Assembly: GCA_945859975.1 (NCBI GenBank)
Contig: CAMAPH010000014.1
Location: 1-63,084, forward strand
DNA from: Chthonomonas calidirosea
Lineage (GTDB): Bacteria > Armatimonadota > Fimbriimonadia > Fimbriimonadales > Fimbriimonadaceae
Direction of reading: 5' to 3'
Length of the DNA: 63,084 nucleotides
Positions 8,703 to 18,172 of this stretch are shown here, piece after piece (the first letter of the stretch is position 1; the number at the start of each line of letters is the position of its first letter). The notes beneath the pieces are model-generated. The model saw only the letters and a list, made by a program, of their open reading frames with translations. It was not told the DNA's origin and did not search any database. The translations under genes and the position numbers were made by a program.

Positions 8703-9620
8703 ATGCCCGTTATTGCGGAAACAGGAGCACTTGAGCTCCGCAAGCAACGGGCCGCGAGTCTTAGCGTTGGCTACAACGTTGTCGCGACGGTCGTGAAACT
8801 CATCGGTGCGGGACTCACCGGCTCGGTAAGTTTGCTTAGCGAAGCCGCCCACAGCGCGACCGACATCGTCGCGAGTTTGCTGGCTTTCTTCAGCGTGCGC
8901 GCCGCCGCCGCTCCGCCCGACGAAGAGCATCCTTACGGCCATGGCAAGATCGAAAGCGTTGCCGGACTCGCAGAAAGCATCCTCCTGGTGCTCATAGTTG
9001 CCTACATCGTTATCGAAAGCGTTGGACGATTCGCCAAACCCGCCCCATTGCCGAACGTGGACCTCGGCCTGGGCATCATGGCCGCCAGCGCGGTGACCAG
9101 CTTCATCATCGGCAAGTACGTTCAAAAGGTCGGCGTCGAGACCCGGTCTATGGCTCTGCAATCGAACGGCCAGCATCTCCTTGTTGACTGCTGGACCAGC
9201 GTCGGCGTCCTCGTTGCATTAGTTGTGGTCAAAGTCACCGGCGTCGCCCAGGCGGACAACTGGTTCGCAATCTTGTTCGCTGGTTGGATTGGTTTCAGCG
9301 CCGTACAGCTTAGTCACAAGGCGTACCAAGACCTCATCGATCGTCGGGTAGAGGATGAAGAGATCGCCCTGATTTCGAAGCTGATCCGTGAAACCCCGGG
9401 CGTCGTTGGATTCCACCAACTTCGCACTCGCCATTCCGGCGCGACTCACTACATAGACGTCCACGTTGTGGTCCCCCGAACCTGGAACGTCGTCGAAGCT
9501 CACGACCTCGCAGATGGTCTAGAAAAGCAAATCGAACAAGCCCTCGCCCCCGCCGTCGCGGTCATTCACATCGATCCCGAGCCAGAAGACGGCCTTTGCG
9601 ACGAGAATCCGCCGGACTAA
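8703..9620 (+). CDS. Cation diffusion facilitator (FieF-like) metal efflux transporter
   Basis: SEAAHSATD, PPDEEHPYGHGKIE, HLLVD and C-terminal IHIDP motifs. Confidence 0.93.
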   Translation: MPVIAETGALELRKQRAASLSVGYNVVATVVKLIGAGLTGSVSLLSEAAHSATDIVASLLAFFSVRAAAAPPDEEHPYGHGKIESVAGLAESILLVLIVAYIVIESVGRFAKPAPLPNVDLGLGIMAASAVTSFIIGKYVQKVGVETRSMALQSNGQHLLVDCWTSVGVLVALVVVKVTGVAQADNWFAILFAGWIGFSAVQLSHKAYQDLIDRRVEDEEIALISKLIRETPGVVGFHQLRTRHSGATHYIDVHVVVPRTWNVVEAHDLADGLEKQIEQALAPAVAVIHIDPEPEDGLCDENPPD

Positions 9621-9715
9621 GTTGAACGGGAAACCCCGAACCGAGCTCTACTAGCGTCGCTTTTGACGCCTAACTGGCAAAAGTGCCAGTTATTGTCACA
9701 CCGAGAACTTTTGCG

Positions 9716-9766
9716 CGAACCGGTTCGAACGCCGTGATATAATTTGTTGTCGAACCGATTCGACAA
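9716..9766 (+). promoter_or_regulatory. Extended -10 promoter (TGaTATAAT 9735-9743) flanked by LacI-type operator palindromes
   Basis: CGAACCGGTTCG (9716-9727) and TTGTCGAA-ccga-TTCGACAA (9747-9766) are CG-centred palindromes upstream of a LacI gene. Confidence 0.65.
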
Positions 9767-9932
9767 GGACGCTTGCCATGACACACTCAGCCAGAACTTT
9801 TCGCGGATGTGTACGTCAGGCGTCGGCCGCACGGCGATTGAGAGGTCAGTCCTTCGGCCAAGCGCAGACTGGAATCGAATTCTGCTGGGGACTGGAGCAC
9901 CCCCTCGATCTCACCTATACTGGGGCATCCCT

Positions 9933-10931
9933 ATGACTATTGGAGAGCTCGCAAAAATGCTTAACCTGTCGAAGAGCACGGTTAGTTATGCCCTGAACAA
10001 CGGCCCCAAACCCGTTTCGCCTGAAGTGAAACAGCGCGTTTTGAAAGCGGCTGAAGAGTTTGGATTTCGCCCCAATCCAGTTGCTAGGTCGCTAGCGAAC
10101 CGACGAAGCCGCACGATTGGGTTCATCCCGAATGCGCTAAATCCGGCAACCATGTACAGTGCGTACGCGGCGGTGTTCTTGCAAAGCACCTTTTCGCTGG
10201 CACACGAGCGCGAACTGCATTTGCTTCTCCCCTCCGGCTATGATCCGGCCCGATCTGACGAAACGAGGGAGCACCTGTTCAATGCACCCGTTGACGGATT
10301 CATTCTCTTGTTGCCAGAGAATCTGAGCGCACTTCGAGACATCATCGAGCAGGGTCGTCCAATGATTGGGATCGCGGGCAAAACCGATGGGCTAATCCCG
10401 TCAATCAATGCAGATAATGCCCTAGGAGCTAGTCAAGCATTTGATCACATCTGGAGCTTAGGGCACCGAAAGATTGCGTACTTGGGCTCCACGACAGAGT
10501 CGGATACGAGTATTCGCTTCAATACTACCGAAACACTGTTTTCTAGAGTTCACAGCGAACTCGAGCAATCATGGCTTATTCGATCCGGCGCCAATTACGA
10601 CCCAGTTCTCGTTGTTGCACGAGAACTTCTAAGTCAAAAATCAATTCCTACGGCAATCATCTGCGTTAACGATCTCGTGGCATCCGCGGTCCTTAGAGCC
10701 GCCTTGGAACTTCGGATAAGAGTCCCCGAGCAACTGAGCATTATCGGCTTTGACGATGACAGCGTCGCGCGCACAATGCCGATCCCACTTTCTACCATTC
10801 GTCAACCCATTCCTGAAATGGCTGTCGCAGCCATGGACGGAATTCTCGCTCAGATCGAAGGGAACTCTTTTGAAGATCAAACCCTTGCAACGTCACTCAT
10901 CGTTAGAGAGACAACTTCAGCACCACCGTAG
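9933..10931 (+). CDS. LacI-family transcriptional regulator
   Basis: MTIGELAKMLNLSKSTVSYALNN HTH, PNPVARSL hinge, IIGFDD, LSTIRQP, LIVRETT. Start placed at ATG 9933. Confidence 0.96.
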   Translation: MTIGELAKMLNLSKSTVSYALNNGPKPVSPEVKQRVLKAAEEFGFRPNPVARSLANRRSRTIGFIPNALNPATMYSAYAAVFLQSTFSLAHERELHLLLPSGYDPARSDETREHLFNAPVDGFILLLPENLSALRDIIEQGRPMIGIAGKTDGLIPSINADNALGASQAFDHIWSLGHRKIAYLGSTTESDTSIRFNTTETLFSRVHSELEQSWLIRSGANYDPVLVVARELLSQKSIPTAIICVNDLVASAVLRAALELRIRVPEQLSIIGFDDDSVARTMPIPLSTIRQPIPEMAVAAMDGILAQIEGNSFEDQTLATSLIVRETTSAPP

Positions 10932-10939
10932 GTGAAATC

Positions 10940-11779
10940 ATGAAATCAAGGAACCTAGCGTTTACGCTTATTGAACTCCTCGTCGTCATTGCAATTATCG
11001 CAATTCTTGCTGCAATCCTCTTCCCAGTTTTCGCACAAGCTAAGCTTGCCGCGAAGAAGACCCAACAGCTTTCGAACGTCAAACAGCTCGGCACCGGCGT
11101 CATCATCTATGCCGCAGACTCTGACGACAACCATCCACCAGCATGGAACGACCGAACCGAGCGCTGCGGCTGGGCTGGAAACGTCAATTTCGTCAAGTTC
11201 ACTGAGCCGTACGTCAAGAACTACAACATGTTCTACAGTCCGGTTGACCCCGATGCCGGTAAGCAGTGGCCGGGTCTGAGTTGGGCCGGCGTAAACTTTT
11301 CTCTTGCCGGTAATGCCTACCACGGTGGTTGGATTAACGGAACTGGTTTCGAACATCGCGGTGCCATGGGTATGGTCGCATGCTCTGGAAACGGTTGGAT
11401 TCAGGAAGTTGGAGCCGTTAGCGCAACGAGCGTCAGCAACACCTCAGAAACGATTCTCCTTGGCGAGCGATATGCTCAAGATGTTAAAGGGATCGTCGGC
11501 GGCGCAGCCCTGCAAGCATGGGATACCCCTTTGACCAACTACGGTCCTGGCGTCTTCTTTAGCGGAGTCTTCTACACCAAGGCTAACTCCATTCCTAACG
11601 GTACGCGAAGCGCAACCGCGGCCTATCCAAATGGTCGAGCCGGTTCGGTTTCGGCTAAGTTCTCTGGTCTCGCAACCTTCGTATTCACGGATACGCACGC
11701 CAAGAGCATGAGGCCGGAAGCGACAAACCCGAATCCTTCCGCACGACCTCTCGACAACATGTGGGACGCAAAGCGCTAA
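10940..11779 (+). CDS. Prepilin-type N-terminal methylation domain protein (DUF1559/H-X9-DG-like), copy 1
   Basis: A^[28 protein letters not shown], plus PYVKN, ETILLGE and C-terminal FVFTDTHAK. Confidence 0.93.
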   Translation: MKSRNLAFTLIELLVVIAIIAILAAILFPVFAQAKLAAKKTQQLSNVKQLGTGVIIYAADSDDNHPPAWNDRTERCGWAGNVNFVKFTEPYVKNYNMFYSPVDPDAGKQWPGLSWAGVNFSLAGNAYHGGWINGTGFEHRGAMGMVACSGNGWIQEVGAVSATSVSNTSETILLGERYAQDVKGIVGGAALQAWDTPLTNYGPGVFFSGVFYTKANSIPNGTRSATAAYPNGRAGSVSAKFSGLATFVFTDTHAKSMRPEATNPNPSARPLDNMWDAKR

Positions 11780-11811
11780 GCATCTTAGTGCTTTAATCTC
11801 CCCAGACCTTA

Positions 11812-11839
11812 GCAAGGTGAAGCTACTGCTTCACCTTGC
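11812..11839. other. Intergenic 12-bp stem hairpin without downstream U-tract
   Basis: GCAAGGTGAAGC-tact-GCTTCACCTTGC between the pilin gene and the small lipoprotein gene. Confidence 0.8.
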
Positions 11840-11854
11840 CCAAAAAAATCCTCT

Positions 11855-12067
11855 ATGAAAGTATCCATTGCATCGATTGCGTGCCTTTGTATGGCATCCG
11901 GAATTCTAGTTTCAGGTTGTGACTCGCAAACTCCCCCACCTACTGACCAAGGCAAAAAGGACTTCATGGGCCGAAAGCCAACCGAAGAAGAATTGAAGGC
12001 TGTACAGTCTCAAGCGGCCGATCGAATGAAAGAGGTCGGAGCAGGTACGCCTCCTCCTGGTAACTAG
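11855..12067 (+). CDS. Small Pro-rich lipoprotein
   Basis: Signal peptide with lipobox LVSG-C; 70 aa; co-oriented between the pilin and GH44 genes. Confidence 0.8.
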   Translation: MKVSIASIACLCMASGILVSGCDSQTPPPTDQGKKDFMGRKPTEEELKAVQSQAADRMKEVGAGTPPPGN

Positions 12068-12068
12068 T

Positions 12069-13637
12069 ATGTTAACTCTGGCTGTTGCTGCAACGACATT
12101 GCTCGCCTCCCAAGCTTCAAACCTTCCAAGCGTTCAAATAGATTGGACGGGCCAACCTGTTCCAATTAGCGCACTGATCTATGGTGCGAACGATAGTCAA
12201 TATCATCACATCAAGTGGAGCATGTTTCGACTCGGCGGAAATGCTGCAACTACCTACAATTGGGAGAATAACTTCGACAATGCGGGAAGTGATTGGAAGC
12301 AAAGTAGTGGGTACGGATGGACAATGCGTCATACGCCTGTCGCCAACCGATCCGTTCCGGCAGCAGCCATTATCAACCATCATGAGACGGCTCTGCAAAT
12401 GGGTGCACGGTCAATCGTACAAGTCAACCTCATGGGTTACGTTGCAGCGGATGGCGACGGTTCCGTTCTAGAGTCTGAAAAGGCACCCAGTAAGCGTTGG
12501 GTTGCGGTAAAGCCAAAAAAGCCGGGACCCTTTGCCACCAAGCCGGACCTTACTGATGGTGTTGTCTATATCGATGAGATGGTCCACCATTTGGTTCAAA
12601 AGTACGGGCCGGCCTCCTCAAGCCGTGGCATTTATGGATACTCGCTAGATAACGAACCTGGTCTCTGGCACCACACCCACCCGTACGCACACCCAGAAAA
12701 GACCGGGGCCAAAGAACTCGTTGAGAAGTCCATCGCCGCCGCAATCGCCATAAAGGCCGTTGACCCTACCGCCAAAATTCACGGGTTTGCGCCGTTTGGT
12801 GTTCACGAGTACATGGCGCTAACTGGCGCTCCAGACTGGCCAGAAATTCAGAAACAAAATGGCTATGCTTGGTATATCGATTACTACTTGGACGAATTTG
12901 CGAAAGCGTCGAAACGAGAAGGAAAGCGGCTTCTAGATACATTGGACCTGCACTTCTATGTTGGCGGTGGGGTGATCGAAGAGGGCGGAATTGATGCCCA
13001 ACTGCAATCGCCGCGTGCGATGTGGGATCGAAGCTACACGGAGCAAAGTTGGCTTGGAGAGGTCCACCCAACATTCTTTCCTTTGATCCCTCGGATTAAG
13101 AAATCAATCACGAAGTACTTCCCGAAGACGGAGCTTGCCTTTAGCGAGTGGAACACCGAGCGGCCAACGACCCTCACTGGGGGCGTTTCTACCGCTGACA
13201 TGCTTGGCGTATTCGGACAAGAAGGCGTCCATTCTGCAATGTGGTGGTCTTTGCTTGGTGAGAACCTGACCCCGGCGCAACTTGCACCTTCTAAATCTGC
13301 CTTTGAACTTTTCAGAAATTTTGACGGTAAAGGTGGTTCATTCGGAGATCTTGGTTACGCCGTAAAGAGCCCTGACGCAAAAGCACTTTCAATATATGCA
13401 TCGAAGAACTCAGTGACCGGGAATCTTCACTTGATCCTGATTGGAAAGCGAAGGCACGTCCCAATAAAGTTTCAAGTTGCGTTGCCGGAATCAGGCTTGA
13501 AAGTCATTAGCTCGGTGGGGTTCGGGCAGACGTTTACGAACTCGCTTGGTCCCGTGAAATGCGCAAAAGTTGACGGGAAGTGGTTGGAAGTTGAATTGCC
13601 AAAGCAGTGTGCTGTGCACCTGGTACTTTCAAAATAG
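12069..13637 (+). CDS. Secreted glycoside hydrolase family 44 (endoglucanase/xyloglucanase-like)
   Basis: Signal peptide, RLGGN..TYNWENN..NAGSDW, LDNEPGLW (acid/base), LDLHFY, FSEWN (nucleophile), DMLGVFG. Confidence 0.88.
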   Translation: MLTLAVAATTLLASQASNLPSVQIDWTGQPVPISALIYGANDSQYHHIKWSMFRLGGNAATTYNWENNFDNAGSDWKQSSGYGWTMRHTPVANRSVPAAAIINHHETALQMGARSIVQVNLMGYVAADGDGSVLESEKAPSKRWVAVKPKKPGPFATKPDLTDGVVYIDEMVHHLVQKYGPASSSRGIYGYSLDNEPGLWHHTHPYAHPEKTGAKELVEKSIAAAIAIKAVDPTAKIHGFAPFGVHEYMALTGAPDWPEIQKQNGYAWYIDYYLDEFAKASKREGKRLLDTLDLHFYVGGGVIEEGGIDAQLQSPRAMWDRSYTEQSWLGEVHPTFFPLIPRIKKSITKYFPKTELAFSEWNTERPTTLTGGVSTADMLGVFGQEGVHSAMWWSLLGENLTPAQLAPSKSAFELFRNFDGKGGSFGDLGYAVKSPDAKALSIYASKNSVTGNLHLILIGKRRHVPIKFQVALPESGLKVISSVGFGQTFTNSLGPVKCAKVDGKWLEVELPKQCAVHLVLSK

Positions 13638-13643
13638 AGCACC

Positions 13644-15146
13644 TTATAGCGTCACGCCGGAGATCACGGTCGAGTAGACGCTGTTTGCCTCGGCATCGAT
13701 CGTCAGCACTTTCTCCCGCACCGATACGGTCGATTCGCTCAGGCGTTTCGGCCCATCGGTGTTAGTCACCGTGACCTTTCCGGTTGCGCCGACCGCGGAC
13801 AGATTCGAAAGATCCACCGTGATCTTCTGTGGAGTGCCGTAGTTCACGGTGATCAGCACAAGAGACTTTGAGACCGGATCATACGAGCAAATGGTGTTAA
13901 GATCGTTCGTTCCGATCAACCTGTGTCCGGGCCGAAGGAAGCGGGTGAACTGCGCGAACGTGAAATACTTCTGGTAGATCCAAGTTGGTTTGGCTCGCTC
14001 AGTAGACTCTTTATCCGCGGGAGCATCGTATTTAGCGTTTACCAAGCCCCAGCCGGAAAATGGCTCGATAGGTTGCCAGTAGATCCAAGCTGAGGGAAGA
14101 AGGTAGTTGATGTCCTCTGTAATCGACTGGGCAAGGCCCATTCCGCCACCGTTCCCGTCGCCGACTTCCGACATCCAGATCGGTTTGTTGCCCACAGAAG
14201 CCCGCAGAGCAGTTCGGGCTCGATTGTCTCTCCACAGTTCCAATCCACTGTAGCCGTGCACGTTGACTCGATTGATAAGGTCAGAAACCCGTGTTTCTTT
14301 TTCTCCCACTAACACCGATCTGCCCTTAAAGAGGTCGTACGTTGCTACGGCTTCGGTCATGGCGTTTTCGTCGCTGGCCGCAATGCTCACGGCAGAGAGT
14401 CCGCGCAAGTTGAGCTCGTGACGTAGCAGACCTAGAATCTCGGCCTGTGCGTCGCGTGGCACGTTGCATCCTTCTTGTTCCTTTGGATAGGTCCACCAAC
14501 CGGCCGAAGGTTCATTAAACGGGGAAATCGAAGAGACTTTCACGCCCCAATTCTCTTGAGCTTGTTTAACAACGGTGGCAAGATACTTAGCAAAGTCTTG
14601 TCGTTTTTCTGGTAAGAGTTTGCCGCCGGCTGAGCTCTTTTCTTGAGTCATCCACCACATAGGGGCATTCGAGAAAAATTCGACTTTTGCTCCACGGGCT
14701 ACGGCAGCTTTTAGAACACTGCGTTGGTTACCATCGCGTGTCCAATCATAACTACTCGATTCTGGTCGCTGACTTTTACGATCAATCCAGAAGCCGTCGA
14801 TGTCCTTGTACCAAGGAAAGTTCGTCGGTAGCTTCTCTTGCGCACCGTCTACCGTATCACCCCTACCTCCTCCACCAACGTTGTAACGAACGATTGACAG
14901 CCCCAGGCCGGGGACATTTTGGTTCAGCAGAGAAACAGGCTTGAGCGTGAAGAGCAGATCAGCATAAGTGCTTTCGTATGCTGATCTGCCGACACCGTTC
15001 CCCCACCAGCAAATAGAGCCGCCCCAACCTTCCCATGTCCCACGAACTTCGTTCTTACGAATGTCGATCGTATAGTCAGCACTCGCTACCGAAGTAACGG
15101 AAAGTAGGCACAACAGGGCTGCTAAAGCGGGCAGGGAGCGGGACAT
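13644..15146 (-). CDS. Secreted GH30 glycoside hydrolase (endo-beta-1,6-galactanase-like)
   Basis: Signal peptide, WEGWGGSICWW, RYNVGGG, FSNAPMWWMT, FNEP, NVHGY, WMSE, WIYWQ, AQFTRFLRPG. Confidence 0.88.
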   Translation of the reverse strand: MSRSLPALAALLCLLSVTSVASADYTIDIRKNEVRGTWEGWGGSICWWGNGVGRSAYESTYADLLFTLKPVSLLNQNVPGLGLSIVRYNVGGGGRGDTVDGAQEKLPTNFPWYKDIDGFWIDRKSQRPESSSYDWTRDGNQRSVLKAAVARGAKVEFFSNAPMWWMTQEKSSAGGKLLPEKRQDFAKYLATVVKQAQENWGVKVSSISPFNEPSAGWWTYPKEQEGCNVPRDAQAEILGLLRHELNLRGLSAVSIAASDENAMTEAVATYDLFKGRSVLVGEKETRVSDLINRVNVHGYSGLELWRDNRARTALRASVGNKPIWMSEVGDGNGGGMGLAQSITEDINYLLPSAWIYWQPIEPFSGWGLVNAKYDAPADKESTERAKPTWIYQKYFTFAQFTRFLRPGHRLIGTNDLNTICSYDPVSKSLVLITVNYGTPQKITVDLSNLSAVGATGKVTVTNTDGPKRLSESTVSVREKVLTIDAEANSVYSTVISGVTL

Positions 15147-15159
15147 CTGTTGTTACGGT

Positions 15160-15435
15160 TTAGTTCCCGCCAACGCTTGGTGCGGTCATTCCGGGCGGAG
15201 GTCCACCCATTCCTGGAGGTGGTGGTGCTCCTGGCCCACCGCCACCGGGCGCGCCGCCGGGTCCTTTCTTGTTCGGATCAGTCTCTTCCCAGGGCGGTTT
15301 TCCGGGTGTGTACTGCACTTGACCCTGATCTAAGTTACCAGCGCTGCTCACAGATTTCACAACGAAGTAACCCACAACCGCAACCGCAACGACGACAATT
15401 GCCACCAGTACGGGCGTCTTAATTTCAGCTTTCAT
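15160..15435 (-). CDS. Small membrane-anchored Pro/Gly-rich protein
   Basis: MKAEIKTPVLVAIVVVAVAVVGYFVV transmembrane segment followed by a PG-rich tail. Lies directly downstream of pilin copy 2. Confidence 0.8.
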   Translation of the reverse strand: MKAEIKTPVLVAIVVVAVAVVGYFVVKSVSSAGNLDQGQVQYTPGKPPWEETDPNKKGPGGAPGGGGPGAPPPPGMGGPPPGMTAPSVGGN

Positions 15436-15461
15436 GATTTGAAGTCGGTTATGCAAATTCG

Positions 15462-15490
15462 GGTCCGACTCGACTAGGTCGAGTCGGACC
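15462..15490. other. Intergenic perfect 13-bp stem hairpin without U-tract
   Basis: GGTCCGACTCGAC-tag-GTCGAGTCGGACC between pilin copy 2 and its small partner. Confidence 0.8.
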
Positions 15491-15504
15491 AAGATAGCGC
15501 TATC

Positions 15505-16305
15505 TTACTGGCGCTTGTCCCACATGCCGATTGGCCATGGCCAATCAGCGTTGCTGCCGCCGCCTGGCCAGTAGCTAGGGACCGCAGTTCCAGCTTGGCT
15601 ACCCTGAGCAGCGAGAGTTGCGGCCTTCTTCATGTACTTCGCGTGACCATCGCTGAAACCGTAGTTGGTCCCGTCGTTAAACATTCTCGCACCGCCACCC
15701 TGCATGTTGAATTCACCGTAGTTGAAGAACACTTCGGTGGCCCAACCTTGGCACCACTGGTGGTACCAGTTTGGTCGTGGAGCAATCACAATCGTGGTCG
15801 CTGGTGCAGGAACATTGGTTTGGCTTGCGCCGCCGCTGTCGCACGTTGGCGACATCAAGCACTGCTCCGAGCCGGATCCCCACCAGTTGCCAGAGGCGTT
15901 CGCAAACGCTGGCCAGGTGTAGTTCATGCTGTAGGTGACGCCACGAGTTGGCTGACCACCAAGGCAGGAGCCACCGGTAGCTTCCGTTCCTCGATTCCAG
16001 TTGTCAACCGGGGATTTCCAAAGCTGGATGTTCTTGACGTAAGGGTGGACTTGCTGGTGCCAAGGAAGCCATTCGCCTCCCCAGCCCCATGCGAATGGGT
16101 AGGTGTCGTCGTAGTCAGCACCGTACATCTGGATGGCGGTGTTCAACTGCTTGGAGTTCGAAAGGTCCTGGGTTTTCTTCGCAGCCATTTTAGCTTGAGC
16201 GAAAACAGGGAAGAGGATTGCAGCGAGAATCGCGATGATTGCGATAACGACGAGAAGTTCGATGAGCGTAAATGCGCTCAACTTTCGGGATTTGAATGAT
16301 CTCAT
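15505..16305 (-). CDS. Prepilin-type N-terminal methylation domain protein (DUF1559/H-X9-DG-like), copy 2
   Basis: A^[34 protein letters not shown]-terminal [15 protein letters not shown] Shine-Dalgarno before ATG 16305. Confidence 0.93.
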   Translation of the reverse strand: MRSFKSRKLSAFTLIELLVVIAIIAILAAILFPVFAQAKMAAKKTQDLSNSKQLNTAIQMYGADYDDTYPFAWGWGGEWLPWHQQVHPYVKNIQLWKSPVDNWNRGTEATGGSCLGGQPTRGVTYSMNYTWPAFANASGNWWGSGSEQCLMSPTCDSGGASQTNVPAPATTIVIAPRPNWYHQWCQGWATEVFFNYGEFNMQGGGARMFNDGTNYGFSDGHAKYMKKAATLAAQGSQAGTAVPSYWPGGGSNADWPWPIGMWDKRQ

Positions 16306-16658
16306 GATGGTTGCTCCATTGCACACGTCGAATGAACGGATGTGGCACCAATCGAGGTGCCGCGCAGAAGGAAAACGTTTTTGTTTGCCCGAATGACGGA
16401 GTCGGGCTGTCGCGTGAGAATTTCTTTAGCAAGTGCTACAGAGCGAGGGCTCTGGTGATGGAAGCTAAAACTTCCCGATGCTAAATCGTGACTCCGTTTG
16501 GAAGGCAGAAAGTTTGAGCTAAGTCGTTCTATCGAGACATTCTGACACTGCAATACAGTAGCTATACTGGGAGAGCCCACACTGGCGGTTATATTTGCCA
16601 GCTGAACGACCTCCCACAAGGTTGCCCGACCACTTCGTCGCTTTGGCTCCGATGTCAT
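16302..16658 (-). pseudogene. Probable decayed, internally deleted LacI-family regulator
   Basis: N-terminus RATLWEVVQLANITASVGS resembles the LacI HTH, and the late segment FLLRGTS resembles LIVRxST. Stop overlaps the pilin ATG (ATGA). Only 118 aa. Confidence 0.5.
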
Positions 16659-16665
16659 ACGATTT

Positions 16666-16683
16666 TGCTCAAACGCTTGAGCA
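16666..16683. promoter_or_regulatory. LacI-type operator palindrome
   Basis: TGCTCAA-acgc-TTGAGCA, CG-centred, just upstream of the LacI-like remnant. Confidence 0.55.
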
Positions 16684-16904
16684 GATTAGCACGACCACTG
16701 AATTTTAGCAAGACTTATTTTTGAATTTTGAGAAGTTGGTTGTATTTAGGTTCAGATTTGCACACGGGACCCCGTTTTTGAGCTTTCGTATGCATTGAGA
16801 AGAAATGAATTGACAGCAAGTCATCCCCGGTCATCGCTGGCATACTAAGCACCGGTTCTGCGGCAACAATAATGCCAAGGTACGATGACGACAGGACAGC
16901 CGCA

Positions 16905-17309
16905 ATGGACTCGCTTAAGCAACTGCTGCAATCACACCGGCATCTCTGGTCCGCAAGCTTCGTTGTGCTGTGCGCGATCATCAGTTTCGCTTCGGCGTGG
17001 CACCGAACTTCGTTTGGGTATTGGGGCCTGCTTGTTCTGATCGCATACATCGCACTTGCAATCGAGCGAAAGCGATTCTGGCCTGTCTGGATTGGTCTTC
17101 TTTCGTTGTTCTTGCTTTGCCGGATTTATGCGCAGGTCGACTTGATCTCGCCGCACATGAGCACGCTGGTGTACATATGGATTCAAGTGTTTCCTTCAGC
17201 GTTGAGTATTCCCGTGCCGGAAACGCGGCAGATCGACGACCGTCCGACGTCCGGAACTATCGAGCTTGCGCAATCGAGCCAGAGTGAAAGTGGCAGTTTG
17301 CAGCTTTGA
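16905..17309 (+). CDS. Small hypothetical membrane protein (paralog A)
   Basis: Several hydrophobic segments. N-terminus MDSLKQLL...ASAWH...LVLIAYI is shared with the next gene. Confidence 0.65.
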   Translation: MDSLKQLLQSHRHLWSASFVVLCAIISFASAWHRTSFGYWGLLVLIAYIALAIERKRFWPVWIGLLSLFLLCRIYAQVDLISPHMSTLVYIWIQVFPSALSIPVPETRQIDDRPTSGTIELAQSSQSESGSLQL

Positions 17310-17398
17310 ATCACTGCGGATCAAAACATCCCGTGATTTCTCGGTTAACACCGCAATTGGAATCGAGTTTGGTAACTTATGTCTCTAGACGAACCGCG

Positions 17399-17752
17399 AT
17401 GGACTCGATTAAGCAACTCCTGAAAACCAATCGCGCGTTCGGATTGACTTGCCTGTTCGCACTGCCCTCGGCTGCCAGCTTGGCGTCTGCTTGGCACGGG
17501 CCCTCGTACACCTTCTTCGGCTCTTTGGTGTTACTGGCATACATAGGGAAGTCGATGGCATCTGAGAACTGGCGATACTTCTTCGTCGGCCTACTCGCCT
17601 ACTTACTCGTGGACATGGTGCACGCTAAAACAAACCTTGGCGTCTCGCTATTTTCCACCGCATCGTACTGCGGATTGATCGCTTTCGAGATTGCTCGAGA
17701 TCTTCACGCTCGGGGTTCAGGTTCTCAATCAACGGCTGGAGAGGCAACTTGA
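17399..17752 (+). CDS. Small hypothetical membrane protein (paralog B)
   Basis: MDSIKQLL...ASAWH...LVLLAYI; about 4 hydrophobic segments. Confidence 0.7.
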   Translation: MDSIKQLLKTNRAFGLTCLFALPSAASLASAWHGPSYTFFGSLVLLAYIGKSMASENWRYFFVGLLAYLLVDMVHAKTNLGVSLFSTASYCGLIAFEIARDLHARGSGSQSTAGEAT

Positions 17753-18159
17753 CGGGCACGGAGGCCAATCTGCCGGGCCGCGACCTGGGGCGAACAGCGA
17801 CCTTCTACGCCATCTACGCCAGCTTGGCGTTTGCAATTCGAAGCGGGGGGCAAACAAACGACCTGCAATTTGCCACCGCTCTCATTTTTCCACTGTTCGT
17901 CTTCGGGCTCGGAAGTCTTGGCCGTCCGCATGGCGGCAAGCTTTCCGTTCTCAAAATTGTCCTCGCAATTTCGATCCTTGCCACTCTTTTCCTTTCCGGC
18001 GCCCTTACCGCACTAAGCATCGCGCTCATGACCGCGCTCTGGTTTGCTCTACAAGTGAAGCTCCCCAAAGCTCGGCCGCTTCAGTACTGGGAAGGTACAT
18101 TGACTTCGGCCGGAAGCTCGCCGCCGAACGCACGCGAACTTCCGAACAAACCCGAATAA
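17749..18159 (+). CDS. Small hypothetical membrane protein
   Basis: TTG start overlapping the upstream TGA; multiple hydrophobic helices. Confidence 0.55.
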   Translation: MTGTEANLPGRDLGRTATFYAIYASLAFAIRSGGQTNDLQFATALIFPLFVFGLGSLGRPHGGKLSVLKIVLAISILATLFLSGALTALSIALMTALWFALQVKLPKARPLQYWEGTLTSAGSSPPNARELPNKPE

Positions 18160-18172
18160 AACCCAACCCGGT

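Noticed and set aside
9744..9932. N-terminal extension of LacI
   Set aside because: It overlaps the promoter/operator; the HTH starts at ATG 9933.
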